DNA from: Planctomycetota bacterium
GTDB lineage: Bacteria > Planctomycetota > GCA-002687715 > CAIWVZ01
DNA length: 64,000 nt
Reading direction: 5' to 3'
Assembly: GCA_044222185.1 (NCBI GenBank)
Contig: JBGANV010000003.1
Coordinates: 736,001-800,000, forward strand
Positions 28,291 through 37,565 of this stretch are shown piece after piece. Numbering within the stretch: position 1 is the first letter of the stretch; every line of letters starts with the position of its first letter. Position numbers and translations under genes: made by a program. The notes under the pieces were generated by a model. It made no database searches, had not been told where the DNA came from, and worked only from the letters and a program-made list of their open reading frames with translations.

Positions 28291-30828
28291 TCAGCGGCGT
28301 GGTTTCGCGCGCGCGGTCGGCTGGGCGGTCCAGGGATCCTCGGGCCAGCTGTGCTTCGGATAGCGACCGCGAAGGTCCTTGCGAACCTGCTGGTAGGTGG
28401 TGTTCCAGAAGCTCCGCAGGTCCTGCGTCACCTGCACGACCTGCATGTTCGGCGCCAGGAGGTGAAGGATCACGCGCACGCGACCGCGGGCGACGGACGG
28501 CGTTTCGGGCTGACCGAACAACTCCTGAAGCCGGACGGCGAGGACTGGCGCCTTCCCCACCTCGTACTTCAACCCGCGCCGCGAGCCGGACGGCATGTCG
28601 AGGACCTCGGGCGCATCATCATCCAACGCCTTGCGCTGATCGCGCGACAGGCGCCCGAGCAGGACGTCGTGAAGCGGAATCGCGCGCAGTGCCGCCACAC
28701 TCGACTTGCCATCGAGCCACGGCTCGAGCGCGGCGACGATTTCTGCGTCCGTCAAGCCAGGCCAGGAAAGCTCGGGCATCCATTCGGCGAGACACCGCAG
28801 CCGCGTGATGAGGTCTCCAACCGAGCCCGTCAGATCCAGCGCCGCGTGAGGATCCTTCCGCGCCGCGTCGAGCAGCAGCTGCGCGCCGGCGACGGGATCC
28901 GTGGCGATCTCCACGTCGTCGAGCACCAGGTCCTCGTAGCGCGTGCGTCGCCGCGTGACGGCGCGTTGGCGCTCCGCGTCCCACGCGGTCTCCTCGCTCA
29001 CGTTCATCGCCCCGGGGATGCGATCGAGCCAGGCTCGGCGGACCGCGCTCGCCTGACGGACTTGCGCCTTCGCGAACTCGCCCCGTCGTCCCATGTCGCC
29101 GTCGATCACGACGAACAGCTCGTCGTCGCGGACGACGCTCTCGGGCGTGAGCACGAGACCTCGGCCGCCGACCATGACGGCCTCCGCTGACTGCGCCTTG
29201 CGCCGTCGCGCCACGCGGTCGACGTATCCGCTGAAGACGATCGCGAGCAGATCGTCCTCCGAGGCCCCGCCCCGCTCCGACTTCCCGAACACGTCCTCCG
29301 AGACCCGACGAAACTGATCCCGCGCTCGTTCCACCGAACGGACGGCGTTCGAATCCAGGTCACCGTGACGACCGCGGCCGCCCTCGAGCAGGTCACGCCG
29401 CGCCAACACGTCGCTGGGGCCCGTCGGCAGGAGCGACGCCGTGCGCGACAGGTCGGCGGCCCGCCGGAAGACGACGTCCCGCTCCGAGAGCAGCGCCGCA
29501 ATCGACGCCGCGTCGCCCGGCGCACCGCGCCGATGTCCTTCGGCGAGGATCCGCGCCACGCGCGGATGCGCCGGCACGCGCACGAGCGCACGCCCGAGCG
29601 CCGTCGGCGCGAGGGTCGACGGATCGAGGGCCCCGAGGCGCACCAAGAGTCGCTCCGCGCGTTCGAGCGCGGCCGGATCGGGAGCCTCGAACCAACCGAA
29701 TCGCCGCAGGTCCGTCTCGCCCCACGCACGAAGTTCGAGAACGGGGCCAGCCAGATCGATCCGCCGGATCTCGGGCGTGTCGTGGGGAGCCATCTGCGAC
29801 TCCTCGCTCTTCGTCCACATCCGGTAGACGACGCCGGGGCCGAGACGCCCCGCACGGCCGCCGCGTTGCGTCGCCGACGCGCGGCTGATGCGACGCAGCT
29901 CCAGTCGATCCATCCCGTGGTCTTGGTCGTGGGTCAGGATCCGCGCCATGCCCGTGTCGACGACGATTCGCACGCCGGGAACGGTGAGCGACGTCTCGGC
30001 CACGTTCGTCGCGAGGATCACGCGCCGCTCCTTCGAGGGCTGCAGCACGCGGTCCTGGTCCTCCGCGCGCATCTCACCGTGCAGCGGCAGCACCACGAGC
30101 CTCCGCTCGCGTGCCAGATCCGCGAGGCCCTCCGCCGTTCGCGAGATCTCTCCAGCACCCGGCAGAAACACGAGGATGTCGCCCTCCGACTCCGTCACGG
30201 CGCGCCGAACGCCAGCGACCGCACGGATTGGAATGGGCCGATCGTCCGACTGCTCGAGGAGCTTCACCTCCAATGGGAATTGCCGGCCCGGAACCCTCAC
30301 GATCGGCACGCCGCCGAGGTAGGCCGCGACCGGTTCCGCCTCGAGGGTCGCCGACATGACGACCAGCCGCAGGTCCGGCCGCAACCCGGCGCGGACGTCG
30401 CGCACGAGCGCGAGCGCGAGGTCGGCGTGGATGCTGCGTTCGTGGAATTCGTCGAGCACGACCGCATCGACTCCGCGCAGCTCGGGGTCGGACTGAAGGG
30501 CCCGCATGAGGATGCCCTCCGTGACGACGCGGATGCGCGTCGCTGCCGACGTGCGATTCTCGAATCGCACCTGGTAGCCCGCCCAATCACCCACTTCGGA
30601 CCCGTGCTCCTCGGCGATGCGTCGTGCCGCCGCACGCGCGGCCACGCGTCGCGGCTGCAGCACGACGACCTGTCCCTTCGCTGCAAGGCCGCTCTTCACG
30701 AGCGCTGGCGGAATGCGCGTCGTCTTCCCCGCGCCAGGCTCGGCGACGACGACGACGGCACCCGCCGATCGGATCGCCGTCACGATCTCCGGGATGAACG
30801 CGTCGATGGGCAGGGATTCGCTGGGCAT
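28291..30828 (-). CDS. hrpB: ATP-dependent helicase HrpB
   Basis: AEPGAGKTT, QPRRVAAR, DEFHERS, MSAT, ATNVAETSLT, QRGGRAGR and the HrpB-type C-terminus (LAVRLQELFG, VTQDLRSFW, GRYPKHSWPEDP). Confidence 0.95.
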   Translation of the reverse strand: MPSESLPIDAFIPEIVTAIRSAGAVVVVAEPGAGKTTRIPPALVKSGLAAKGQVVVLQPRRVAARAAARRIAEEHGSEVGDWAGYQVRFENRTSAATRIRVVTEGILMRALQSDPELRGVDAVVLDEFHERSIHADLALALVRDVRAGLRPDLRLVVMSATLEAEPVAAYLGGVPIVRVPGRQFPLEVKLLEQSDDRPIPIRAVAGVRRAVTESEGDILVFLPGAGEISRTAEGLADLARERRLVVLPLHGEMRAEDQDRVLQPSKERRVILATNVAETSLTVPGVRIVVDTGMARILTHDQDHGMDRLELRRISRASATQRGGRAGRLGPGVVYRMWTKSEESQMAPHDTPEIRRIDLAGPVLELRAWGETDLRRFGWFEAPDPAALERAERLLVRLGALDPSTLAPTALGRALVRVPAHPRVARILAEGHRRGAPGDAASIAALLSERDVVFRRAADLSRTASLLPTGPSDVLARRDLLEGGRGRHGDLDSNAVRSVERARDQFRRVSEDVFGKSERGGASEDDLLAIVFSGYVDRVARRRKAQSAEAVMVGGRGLVLTPESVVRDDELFVVIDGDMGRRGEFAKAQVRQASAVRRAWLDRIPGAMNVSEETAWDAERQRAVTRRRTRYEDLVLDDVEIATDPVAGAQLLLDAARKDPHAALDLTGSVGDLITRLRCLAEWMPELSWPGLTDAEIVAALEPWLDGKSSVAALRAIPLHDVLLGRLSRDQRKALDDDAPEVLDMPSGSRRGLKYEVGKAPVLAVRLQELFGQPETPSVARGRVRVILHLLAPNMQVVQVTQDLRSFWNTTYQQVRKDLRGRYPKHSWPEDPWTAQPTARAKPRR

Positions 30829-30835
30829 GCGCGCG

Positions 30836-31570
30836 TCAGGGTGCGAGAAGCCGGCCGACGGGGCCGCCATCCGAAATCAGGAAGCCGGCCAGCGCGGCGT
30901 ACCCGCGATCGTTCAAGTGGTAGCGATCGCTCGAGACGTCGACGGGTAACAGGCCCTCGTCGTCGACGAGTGGCGGACGCCGCGTCGGCACGAACGTGAG
31001 GCCGCAGTCGAGCGCGATCTTGCGCCACGCGATCGTCAGCGTGGCGAGTTGAACGCGGGTCTGCGCACCCAGGTCGCGCTCCGACATCACTTCGAGCAGC
31101 GCGATCGGGACCCCCGGGTAGCGCGCTGCCAGCGCATCGACGACGGCGCGAACGCGGCCAGGGATCTCCGTCACGGTCAGCTCGGGCTCCCACCGCGCGT
31201 CGGCGCTGCCGGCGTACAGGACGATCCCCGCCGGGCGTGCCGCCGGCAAACTGAACGGAATCCGCGCCAGGAGGTCGACCGCGTTCTCGTTCCCCACTCC
31301 GCGATTCACGCAGCGCTTTCCGGGAAACGCCGACTCGAGCGGGAATCTCTCGATCGTCGACGAGCCCACGAACAACACGTAACCGTCGGTGACGCTCGGG
31401 TTCTCGACCTCGAACCGCGCAAGTCGCTTGCGCACGAGTGGATCGACGGTTTTCGCCGAACCGCCGAGGGCGCCCTCTGGCTCCGACGTGCTGCGCCGAA
31501 GCCACGCGTAGACGGCGACGCCGGCCGCGATCAGCACGACGGCGACGAGAAGCCCTCGCCACGCGATCAT
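30836..31570 (-). CDS. Membrane-anchored SGNH/GDSL hydrolase
   Basis: N-terminal TM (MIAWRGLLVAVVLIAAG); FVGSSTI, NRGVG, YAGSAD, DRYHLN..GY. Confidence 0.85.
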   Translation of the reverse strand: MIAWRGLLVAVVLIAAGVAVYAWLRRSTSEPEGALGGSAKTVDPLVRKRLARFEVENPSVTDGYVLFVGSSTIERFPLESAFPGKRCVNRGVGNENAVDLLARIPFSLPAARPAGIVLYAGSADARWEPELTVTEIPGRVRAVVDALAARYPGVPIALLEVMSERDLGAQTRVQLATLTIAWRKIALDCGLTFVPTRRPPLVDDEGLLPVDVSSDRYHLNDRGYAALAGFLISDGGPVGRLLAP

Positions 31571-31630
31571 GCCGAAGCTCGCGGGCCGATCGGCTCCCGA
31601 TACACTCGGCGCTCGACGAAAGTGCACACG

Positions 31631-31972
31631 ATGACCACCCCCAAGACTGCGATCGCCGACCATCTCGGCCGGCGTGACGACAAGTTCCACAAGGCGACGC
31701 TCTTCGAAAGCCCGCGACTGCTGCTCGGCGTGAACTGTCTCGAGCCCGGCCAGGTGCAGGCGGTTCACGATCACGCCGGCCAGGACAAGTTCTACATCGT
31801 GCACGAGGGCACCGGCCGCTTCACCGTCGGTGCAGAGACGTTCGATGCAACCGCCGGGCAGGTCGTCTGGGCACCGGCCGGTGTTCCCCACGGAGTCGCA
31901 AATCTGGGATCGACGCGGCTCTCGCTCGTGGTCGGAATCGCGCCGGGCCCAAAGGCCGAGCGCGGCTCATAG
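31631..31972 (+). CDS. Cupin domain protein
   Basis: LEPGQ...HDH...DKFYIVHEG.G...APAGVPHGV; 113 aa. Confidence 0.88.
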   Translation: MTTPKTAIADHLGRRDDKFHKATLFESPRLLLGVNCLEPGQVQAVHDHAGQDKFYIVHEGTGRFTVGAETFDATAGQVVWAPAGVPHGVANLGSTRLSLVVGIAPGPKAERGS

Positions 31973-31999
31973 CCCTCGGGCCACGGCGGGACCGCCGGT

Positions 32000-33727
32000 C
32001 TACTGGACCGCGACGAACGTCATTCCGTAGGAGAACGCCAGCCCGAACGGTTGCGTGGGATCGAACGCCGCCGTTTGGAAATGCCCCCACTCGCCCAGGT
32101 ACGCGACGTTCGTCGGCACGTCGAAGGTGGTGTACATCGTCCCGGTCGGATCCGCCTGCTGCACGAACAACGTCAGGAACCCCGGGTCCAGGAGGAACGT
32201 TCCGCCGAAGATCGGGAACGAGGCCTTCTGGGCTGAGAACCCCACGAGCCCGAGGGCATTCGGCAGGCAGTTCCGGGTGACCAGCGTGAACGGCGTCCCG
32301 AGCTTCGCCCAGCCGACGGTGTCGAGGTCGAGCACGTTGACGCCACCGCTGTTCCGTCCGAAGTACCGGACCGCCGACGAGAAGAGCGTCACGCGGCCCG
32401 AGTTCGTCCCGCCCAATCCGTCGACGCCGTACGCCGACACGAGATACTCGGCGCCCCCGTCTCCGTCGATGTCGCCCATGCCCGCGACGGCATATCCGAA
32501 TGCGTCGCCCTGATGCGGGATGCCCAGGCCGAACTCACCGCTCGTGACGGTGATGATCGAGTAAGTCGCGGTCTCGACGAGATACGCGCGGCCGTGCCCG
32601 CCCTTCTCGGTCTGGCACGCACCGAGCACGAGCTCGGGCCGACCGTCGTTGTCGATGTCGCCGGCGTTGGCGACACCGATGCCGAGCCAGTCGCGATCGG
32701 CCTCACCCGTCCACGTGGTGAGCAGCCCACCGCTTGCGCCGTCGAACAGGTAGGCGCGGCCGCGGTTGTCGTCAGGGCCCATGGTCGCGAGATCGTAGCG
32801 GCTCGCGCCGACGAGGACCTCGCCGTGCCCATCGCCATTCAGGTCGCCGACGCCATCCAGCGACGTCCCGAAGCGGTCGCCCGTCCCCTCGCCGTTGAAC
32901 ACGTGGATCACGCCCCAGTCGAATGCGTGCCCCGTCGTCGCCGTGTGGAAGACGTAGACGCGTCCCGTGTCGACCGACGCGGGCGAGTCCGCCGTGAGCG
33001 CTCCGACGGCGAGGTCACAGAGCGCGTCTCCATCCACGTCACCCGCCTGCGAGAGCGCGTAACCGAATGCGTCGCCGACCTCGTTCATGCCGATGCTGAC
33101 GATGAACGCACGGGTCGCCCCCGAGTACACGTACACGCGGCCCGCGAGGCCGCCGAGCACCGACGGCGCGCCGACGGCGAAGTCCGGAAAGCCGTCGCCA
33201 TCCACATCGTTCATGGCCGCGAGGGAGGTGCCGAATTCGGAACCGGCGGGGCCGTCGATGGTCGCAACGAGCCCGTAGTCCTGGACGTGGCCTGGAGTCA
33301 CGCCGTGGTAGAGGTAAACGCGTCCCCCATTCGAGCTGCCGGGCTGATCCACGCCCCGGGCGCCGATCAGGATGTCCGGTCGACCATCACCTGTCACGTC
33401 GCCGATGAGGGCGCACCCAACGCCGTACTCATCGCCGACCGCCTCGCCGCTGAACGTGTGCAGCGGCGCTCCCGTGCCTGAGTAGACGTACACCTTCCCG
33501 GCGTACGGCGTCGTCCCGTTGCCGCGCGCGCCCACGAGAAAGTCGTTCCGTCCGTCGCCGTCCAGGTCGAATCCCGTCGCAAGCGAACGCCCCGCCTCGG
33601 CACCCGCGGTGTCCCCGTTCATCGTGGCGCGCGGCTGCTGGGAAACGCAAAAAGTCGACAAGACGGTCACGAGCAGACCGATCGTCGCACGGCGAGTTCG
33701 CGGACTTCGGGGGTTGGGCATGAGCAT
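32000..33727 (-). CDS. Secreted FG-GAP (integrin-alpha-like) repeat protein with a C-terminal domain
   Basis: GAGGAG RBS; signal peptide; seven repeats of FG...GDxDGDG..D..VGA...GRVY. Confidence 0.9.
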   Translation of the reverse strand: MLMPNPRSPRTRRATIGLLVTVLSTFCVSQQPRATMNGDTAGAEAGRSLATGFDLDGDGRNDFLVGARGNGTTPYAGKVYVYSGTGAPLHTFSGEAVGDEYGVGCALIGDVTGDGRPDILIGARGVDQPGSSNGGRVYLYHGVTPGHVQDYGLVATIDGPAGSEFGTSLAAMNDVDGDGFPDFAVGAPSVLGGLAGRVYVYSGATRAFIVSIGMNEVGDAFGYALSQAGDVDGDALCDLAVGALTADSPASVDTGRVYVFHTATTGHAFDWGVIHVFNGEGTGDRFGTSLDGVGDLNGDGHGEVLVGASRYDLATMGPDDNRGRAYLFDGASGGLLTTWTGEADRDWLGIGVANAGDIDNDGRPELVLGACQTEKGGHGRAYLVETATYSIITVTSGEFGLGIPHQGDAFGYAVAGMGDIDGDGGAEYLVSAYGVDGLGGTNSGRVTLFSSAVRYFGRNSGGVNVLDLDTVGWAKLGTPFTLVTRNCLPNALGLVGFSAQKASFPIFGGTFLLDPGFLTLFVQQADPTGTMYTTFDVPTNVAYLGEWGHFQTAAFDPTQPFGLAFSYGMTFVAVQ

Positions 33728-33847
33728 CGCTCCTCGGGCGTCTGGGCTTCGGTCGCAAAACGGCGCGGACAGCATACCCGGACCTCCGCCGCCGCGCCTG
33801 CGTCCCGGTGCACGCGCCAGCTTCGCGCGCGCTCGAGCCGATTGCCG

Positions 33848-33877
33848 TTGACCCGCGCCCGGCGGACCCCCTAAATT
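33848..33877 (+). promoter_or_regulatory. Putative sigma70 promoter
   Basis: TTGACC-N18-TAAATT, upstream of the GAGGAG RBS of 33917. Confidence 0.45.
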
Positions 33878-33916
33878 CCTCGGCGACCGCCGCTTGCGGG
33901 GATCGAGGAGACTCAC

Positions 33917-35587
33917 ATGTGCCGAAGCTGGCTGCCATGGTTGTTCGTTTGCGCGGCCGTCGCGCGCGCCCAGGTGTCGGCCTACGTTCCCGACAACGCG
34001 CCGGCGCTCGGTGTCTGCAATTCGATCCCGTTCGGAGTGACCTCGCAGATCACCTACCTGGCGCGGATCCCCGCATCGAGCCTGGGGGGAGTTGCCGGAC
34101 GCCACCTCCTCGACGTTGCGTTCGCGCCCTGCGGGACCGGAACTTGGTCATCCGCGTCAGTCATCGTCGGTGTGGGCCACGTTCCCACGCCCCAGCCCTG
34201 TCCGTTCACGTTCCCGTCGTCTGGGGGAACGTCGATCGGCAGCTTTGCGGACTTCACAGTCGTGTGGGATTCGTCCGTGCGAGGGCCGCTGACCTGGAAC
34301 GCCGTCCAGGACACCTGGTCGCCGCTCGGGCTCGGAGGCACCGGCTTTCTGTGGGACGGGGTCCGAGACATCGGCTTCTTCCTCACGTCACAGGCGCCAA
34401 CCTTCGGCGCAGGCTTCTCCGGAGCGTGCCACAAGACGACGTCGGAGCCCGCGCGGACGCACAGCGCATCGTTCTGGGCGCCCGCGAGCACGCTCACGAG
34501 CTGCACCGTCGCCGCGGGCCTGAAGATGCGCCTGGACTTCGTGCCCCTCCAGGCCCAGTGGCAGGTGAACGGTCCCGGGGCGAGCCTCGACATCGACGGC
34601 GTCTCCTCCTCGCCCTACGTACAGATGGAGGTGACCTCCTGCACCAACCAGCCGCACGTCGCGAACCTCGTGAGCTCGACGACCGTGGGCAACGTGTGGA
34701 ACGTCGTGCTGACGACGGGGCCCGGCGTGCCGTTGTTCGGTGGCGGAATCCCCACCGCCGGGGGGCAGATCGTGAACGTCGATTTCGCAGACCCGTCACT
34801 CATCCTGCTGTTTCCGCCGGGAACGCCGAACGCCTTCGCCGTCGGGGCAGTCCCCCTTTCGTTCCCTCAGGCCTTCGACACGTCGGCCCAGATGTTCGTC
34901 ATGGACGCGGCCGCTGCCGACGGCTTCGACCTCTCGGCCCTCACCCGACTGCACGTCGCGACGAACGTCCAATCCCTTCCGGGGCCGACCGGCGAAGACA
35001 CCTACGTCACCGTCGGACTGGGCACGCCGCAGCTCTGCGGCAGCTCGCCCGTCAGCTTCTACGGTTCGACGTACACCCTGATGCACGTCAGCGCCAATGG
35101 ACGCGTCATGTTCGGCGCGCCGAACACGGACTACCTCCCGAGCCCGGCGCTCGCCGTGACGGAATCGAGCTGGGCCGGGCTTTGGTGCGATCTGAGCCCC
35201 ACAGCGGGCGGGGCGATCTCCATCTCGACTACACCGGCGGGCGCCGTCCGGGTGGACTACGTCGGCGTCCCATACTTCGGCGAGCCGGCGAACCCCGTGA
35301 CGTTCGCCATCGAGATCGACCCGATACTCGCCACGGTCACGATCGACGGGCTTTGGGGGGTCCCGCTGAGTTCGACCGGCCTGTTCGCCATGCTGGGCGT
35401 GTCGCCCGGCTTCCCGTTGGCGACTGATCCGGGGGCGATCAACCTCGTGCCTGGCGGACCGAGCCCGGGGCCGGCCGGCGGCGCGATGCTCTATGCACTG
35501 GGGGTACCGGGCCTCTTCACCTCAGGTCTGGCGAGCGTGGTGTTTGTCCCGAACGCCATTGGGAACTACGATTTCACCGTCTTCTGA
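33917..35587 (+). CDS. Secreted modular protein of unknown function (C-terminal nidogen/NIDO-like segment)
   Basis: Signal peptide; FYGSTY...VSANGRVMFG...AGLWCDL resembles NIDO-like adhesin modules. Confidence 0.7.
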   Translation: MCRSWLPWLFVCAAVARAQVSAYVPDNAPALGVCNSIPFGVTSQITYLARIPASSLGGVAGRHLLDVAFAPCGTGTWSSASVIVGVGHVPTPQPCPFTFPSSGGTSIGSFADFTVVWDSSVRGPLTWNAVQDTWSPLGLGGTGFLWDGVRDIGFFLTSQAPTFGAGFSGACHKTTSEPARTHSASFWAPASTLTSCTVAAGLKMRLDFVPLQAQWQVNGPGASLDIDGVSSSPYVQMEVTSCTNQPHVANLVSSTTVGNVWNVVLTTGPGVPLFGGGIPTAGGQIVNVDFADPSLILLFPPGTPNAFAVGAVPLSFPQAFDTSAQMFVMDAAAADGFDLSALTRLHVATNVQSLPGPTGEDTYVTVGLGTPQLCGSSPVSFYGSTYTLMHVSANGRVMFGAPNTDYLPSPALAVTESSWAGLWCDLSPTAGGAISISTTPAGAVRVDYVGVPYFGEPANPVTFAIEIDPILATVTIDGLWGVPLSSTGLFAMLGVSPGFPLATDPGAINLVPGGPSPGPAGGAMLYALGVPGLFTSGLASVVFVPNAIGNYDFTVF

Positions 35588-35666
35588 CCCTCGTCTGGCC
35601 GTCCGACGTCGAACGGATTCAGACACGGGGCCGGGCGATTCGATAAGCGCCCCGTAGGATGCATCG

Positions 35667-36080
35667 GTGATTCGCCAAAGCAGAGCCATCTTGCTTGCCC
35701 TGATCCTCCCGGCACTCGTGCTGCCGGACGGTGGGCTGTTCTGCCTCTGCCGCGCGTCGCTGACGCGAGCGTTCACGTCGTGCTGCCGCACCCTCGAGGC
35801 GAGGATCCCGGAGTGCTGCCGCAAGGTGTCGAAGACGCGCGACGCCTCACCACTGGCGACCGCGGCATGCAAGGGCTGCCTGAAGCTCTCGACGGGAATC
35901 AGCCAGTCGACGCACGCGGAAACGCGGGGATTCGACCTCGCGAAAGTGATGGCGCTGCCGGTGCACGCGCAGACCGAGTCGAGCACGCAGGCCTCCGCGT
36001 GGCGACTGCTGACTCCGCCGCTGCTGGATTCCGGCGGCAGGCCTCCAGGGCCCGAACGAACGCCGCCCTTGCAGATCTGA
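35667..36080 (+). CDS. Small exported Cys-rich protein with Pro-rich C-terminus (DUF2946/CutF/CruR-like uORF)
   Basis: GTG start after AGGA; hydrophobic N-terminus; CLC, CC, CC and CKGC; ends GGRPPGPERTPPLQI; first gene of the exporter operon. Confidence 0.7.
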   Translation: MIRQSRAILLALILPALVLPDGGLFCLCRASLTRAFTSCCRTLEARIPECCRKVSKTRDASPLATAACKGCLKLSTGISQSTHAETRGFDLAKVMALPVHAQTESSTQASAWRLLTPPLLDSGGRPPGPERTPPLQI

Positions 36081-36152
36081 GATCGACTCCATCGCCGTCG
36101 TGGACGCATTGCGTCCGGACTGATCGTTCGCGGGCTCACCGATGGAGCCGTC
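36081..36152 (+). promoter_or_regulatory. Stem-loop that sequesters the Shine-Dalgarno of the TolC gene
   Basis: CTCCATCG (36087-36094) is the exact reverse complement of CGATGGAG (36140-36147), which contains the GGAG RBS. Inner palindrome GGACGCA-T-TGCGTCC at 36102-36116. Confidence 0.65.
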
Positions 36153-37565
36153 ATGGATTTCCGCCGTCTGGTCCGAGTTCTCGGGCCGGTTTCCCTGCTG
36201 TCGCTTTCCGCGTGTTCCGCTCCGGATCCCGCGCCGCTCGATGACCGCGCGCTCGTCGCGGCCGTAACCGAGCGTGCGGCCACGCCGACCGATCTCAGGA
36301 ACGCCCTGGAGATCGCCGGAACGACGTCGCTCGCGCTGCCGAGGCCCGATGCCCCGACGGCCGTCGATCGCGACGACCCCGTGTTCTGGACGGCCTGCGC
36401 CTACGCTTACGACCCTGCGACGCGCCAGGCGCGTCGTCGGCTGCAGGCGGCGATCGCGTCGGCGCGATCGGCCGGTGCTCCGGGTGCGGTCGGCGTCGAC
36501 GCCGAGCACGCGCAGAACGCGGGCGAGCGTGATACGGAGGTCGCCCTGACGTTCGACCTCCTCGGCCTTCTGGGTCTCGGCCGGTCGGCCGCCGAGGAGA
36601 ACCTGGCGAACGCCGAGGTACGCAACGCGCTTGGTGTCCTCGAAGACGCCGTCTGGCGCGCGCGCTTCAACGTCGCACGCGCGCGCCTCCGCCTTGGAGC
36701 CGCGCGTGCGCGCGTCGCTGCGTTCGAAGAACTGCTCGCGGATGCAGCGGGCGAGCGTGAGCGGATCGAGATTCTCCAGCGCAACGGACGCCTCGCGCTC
36801 GCAGACACGCAATGGGCGCGGGCCGTACTCCACCACGCTGAAGGCCTGGTCTTTCAGGCACACGCGTCCGCGGCCGACGCGCAGGCGGAGCTGGCCAAGG
36901 CTTCCGGCCTCGCCTCCGAGCACCCGGCGATCGCCGCGGTTTCGGCGCGAGCCCTCCCCTCGAACTTCGACGTCGACGCACTCGATCAGGTCCCCACGCG
37001 GGAACGCCTCCTGGCAAGCCTGCCGAGGCTGCGCATGCGCCGTCTCGAATACGCGGTCACGGAGGCGATGCTCCGACGCGAGGCCGCCGAGACGTGGCCC
37101 CAGCTGCGGATCGGGCCGAAACTGATGTTGCAGCCAGACATGACGCTCCCCGGCGGAGTCGTCGGGCTCGAACTGCCGTGGCCCGGCAGCGCCCAGGGGC
37201 GAATCGCCGCAGCCGTCGAGACGAGGTCCGCCGCGCGCGAGGCGCTCGAAGACGAGTTCCTCGCCGCCACAGCAGACGTCACGCAGGCCCGCCAACGGTT
37301 CGTCGCTCGCGTCGACGACGTCGAACACCACCTCGCGCTCGCGGATGCCACGTCGATCGCTCTTCGCGCCGGCCGCGCACGCTTCCGCGCCGACGCCGCC
37401 ATGCTGGAAAGCTGGGTCATGGCGATCGACCGTCGCATCGACGCGCAGATGAAGGTGCTCGAGTCGGAGGAAGCCGCAGCGCTCGCCCGGATCGACTTCG
37501 ACGAGGCGGTCGGGCCGAAAAACCAACCCGAAACGCGCGCGACAGACACGGAGTCACGCCCATGA
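36153..37565 (+). CDS. TolC-family outer membrane efflux lipoprotein
   Basis: Lipobox LSAC; two helical repeats with OEP-like motifs (WPQLRIGP, GLELPW); operon context. Confidence 0.85.
   Translation: MDFRRLVRVLGPVSLLSLSACSAPDPAPLDDRALVAAVTERAATPTDLRNALEIAGTTSLALPRPDAPTAVDRDDPVFWTACAYAYDPATRQARRRLQAAIASARSAGAPGAVGVDAEHAQNAGERDTEVALTFDLLGLLGLGRSAAEENLANAEVRNALGVLEDAVWRARFNVARARLRLGAARARVAAFEELLADAAGERERIEILQRNGRLALADTQWARAVLHHAEGLVFQAHASAADAQAELAKASGLASEHPAIAAVSARALPSNFDVDALDQVPTRERLLASLPRLRMRRLEYAVTEAMLRREAAETWPQLRIGPKLMLQPDMTLPGGVVGLELPWPGSAQGRIAAAVETRSAAREALEDEFLAATADVTQARQRFVARVDDVEHHLALADATSIALRAGRARFRADAAMLESWVMAIDRRIDAQMKVLESEEAAALARIDFDEAVGPKNQPETRATDTESRP

Noticed and set aside
28018-29190. 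390-aa ORF starting in the repeat array
   Set aside because: It translates repeat DNA and then runs antisense to hrpB, with no protein-like features.
26017-30828. EVE + HrpB as an anti-phage defence locus
   Set aside because: Both are widespread stand-alone genes, they are separated by unrelated ORFs, and no nuclease or effector is associated.
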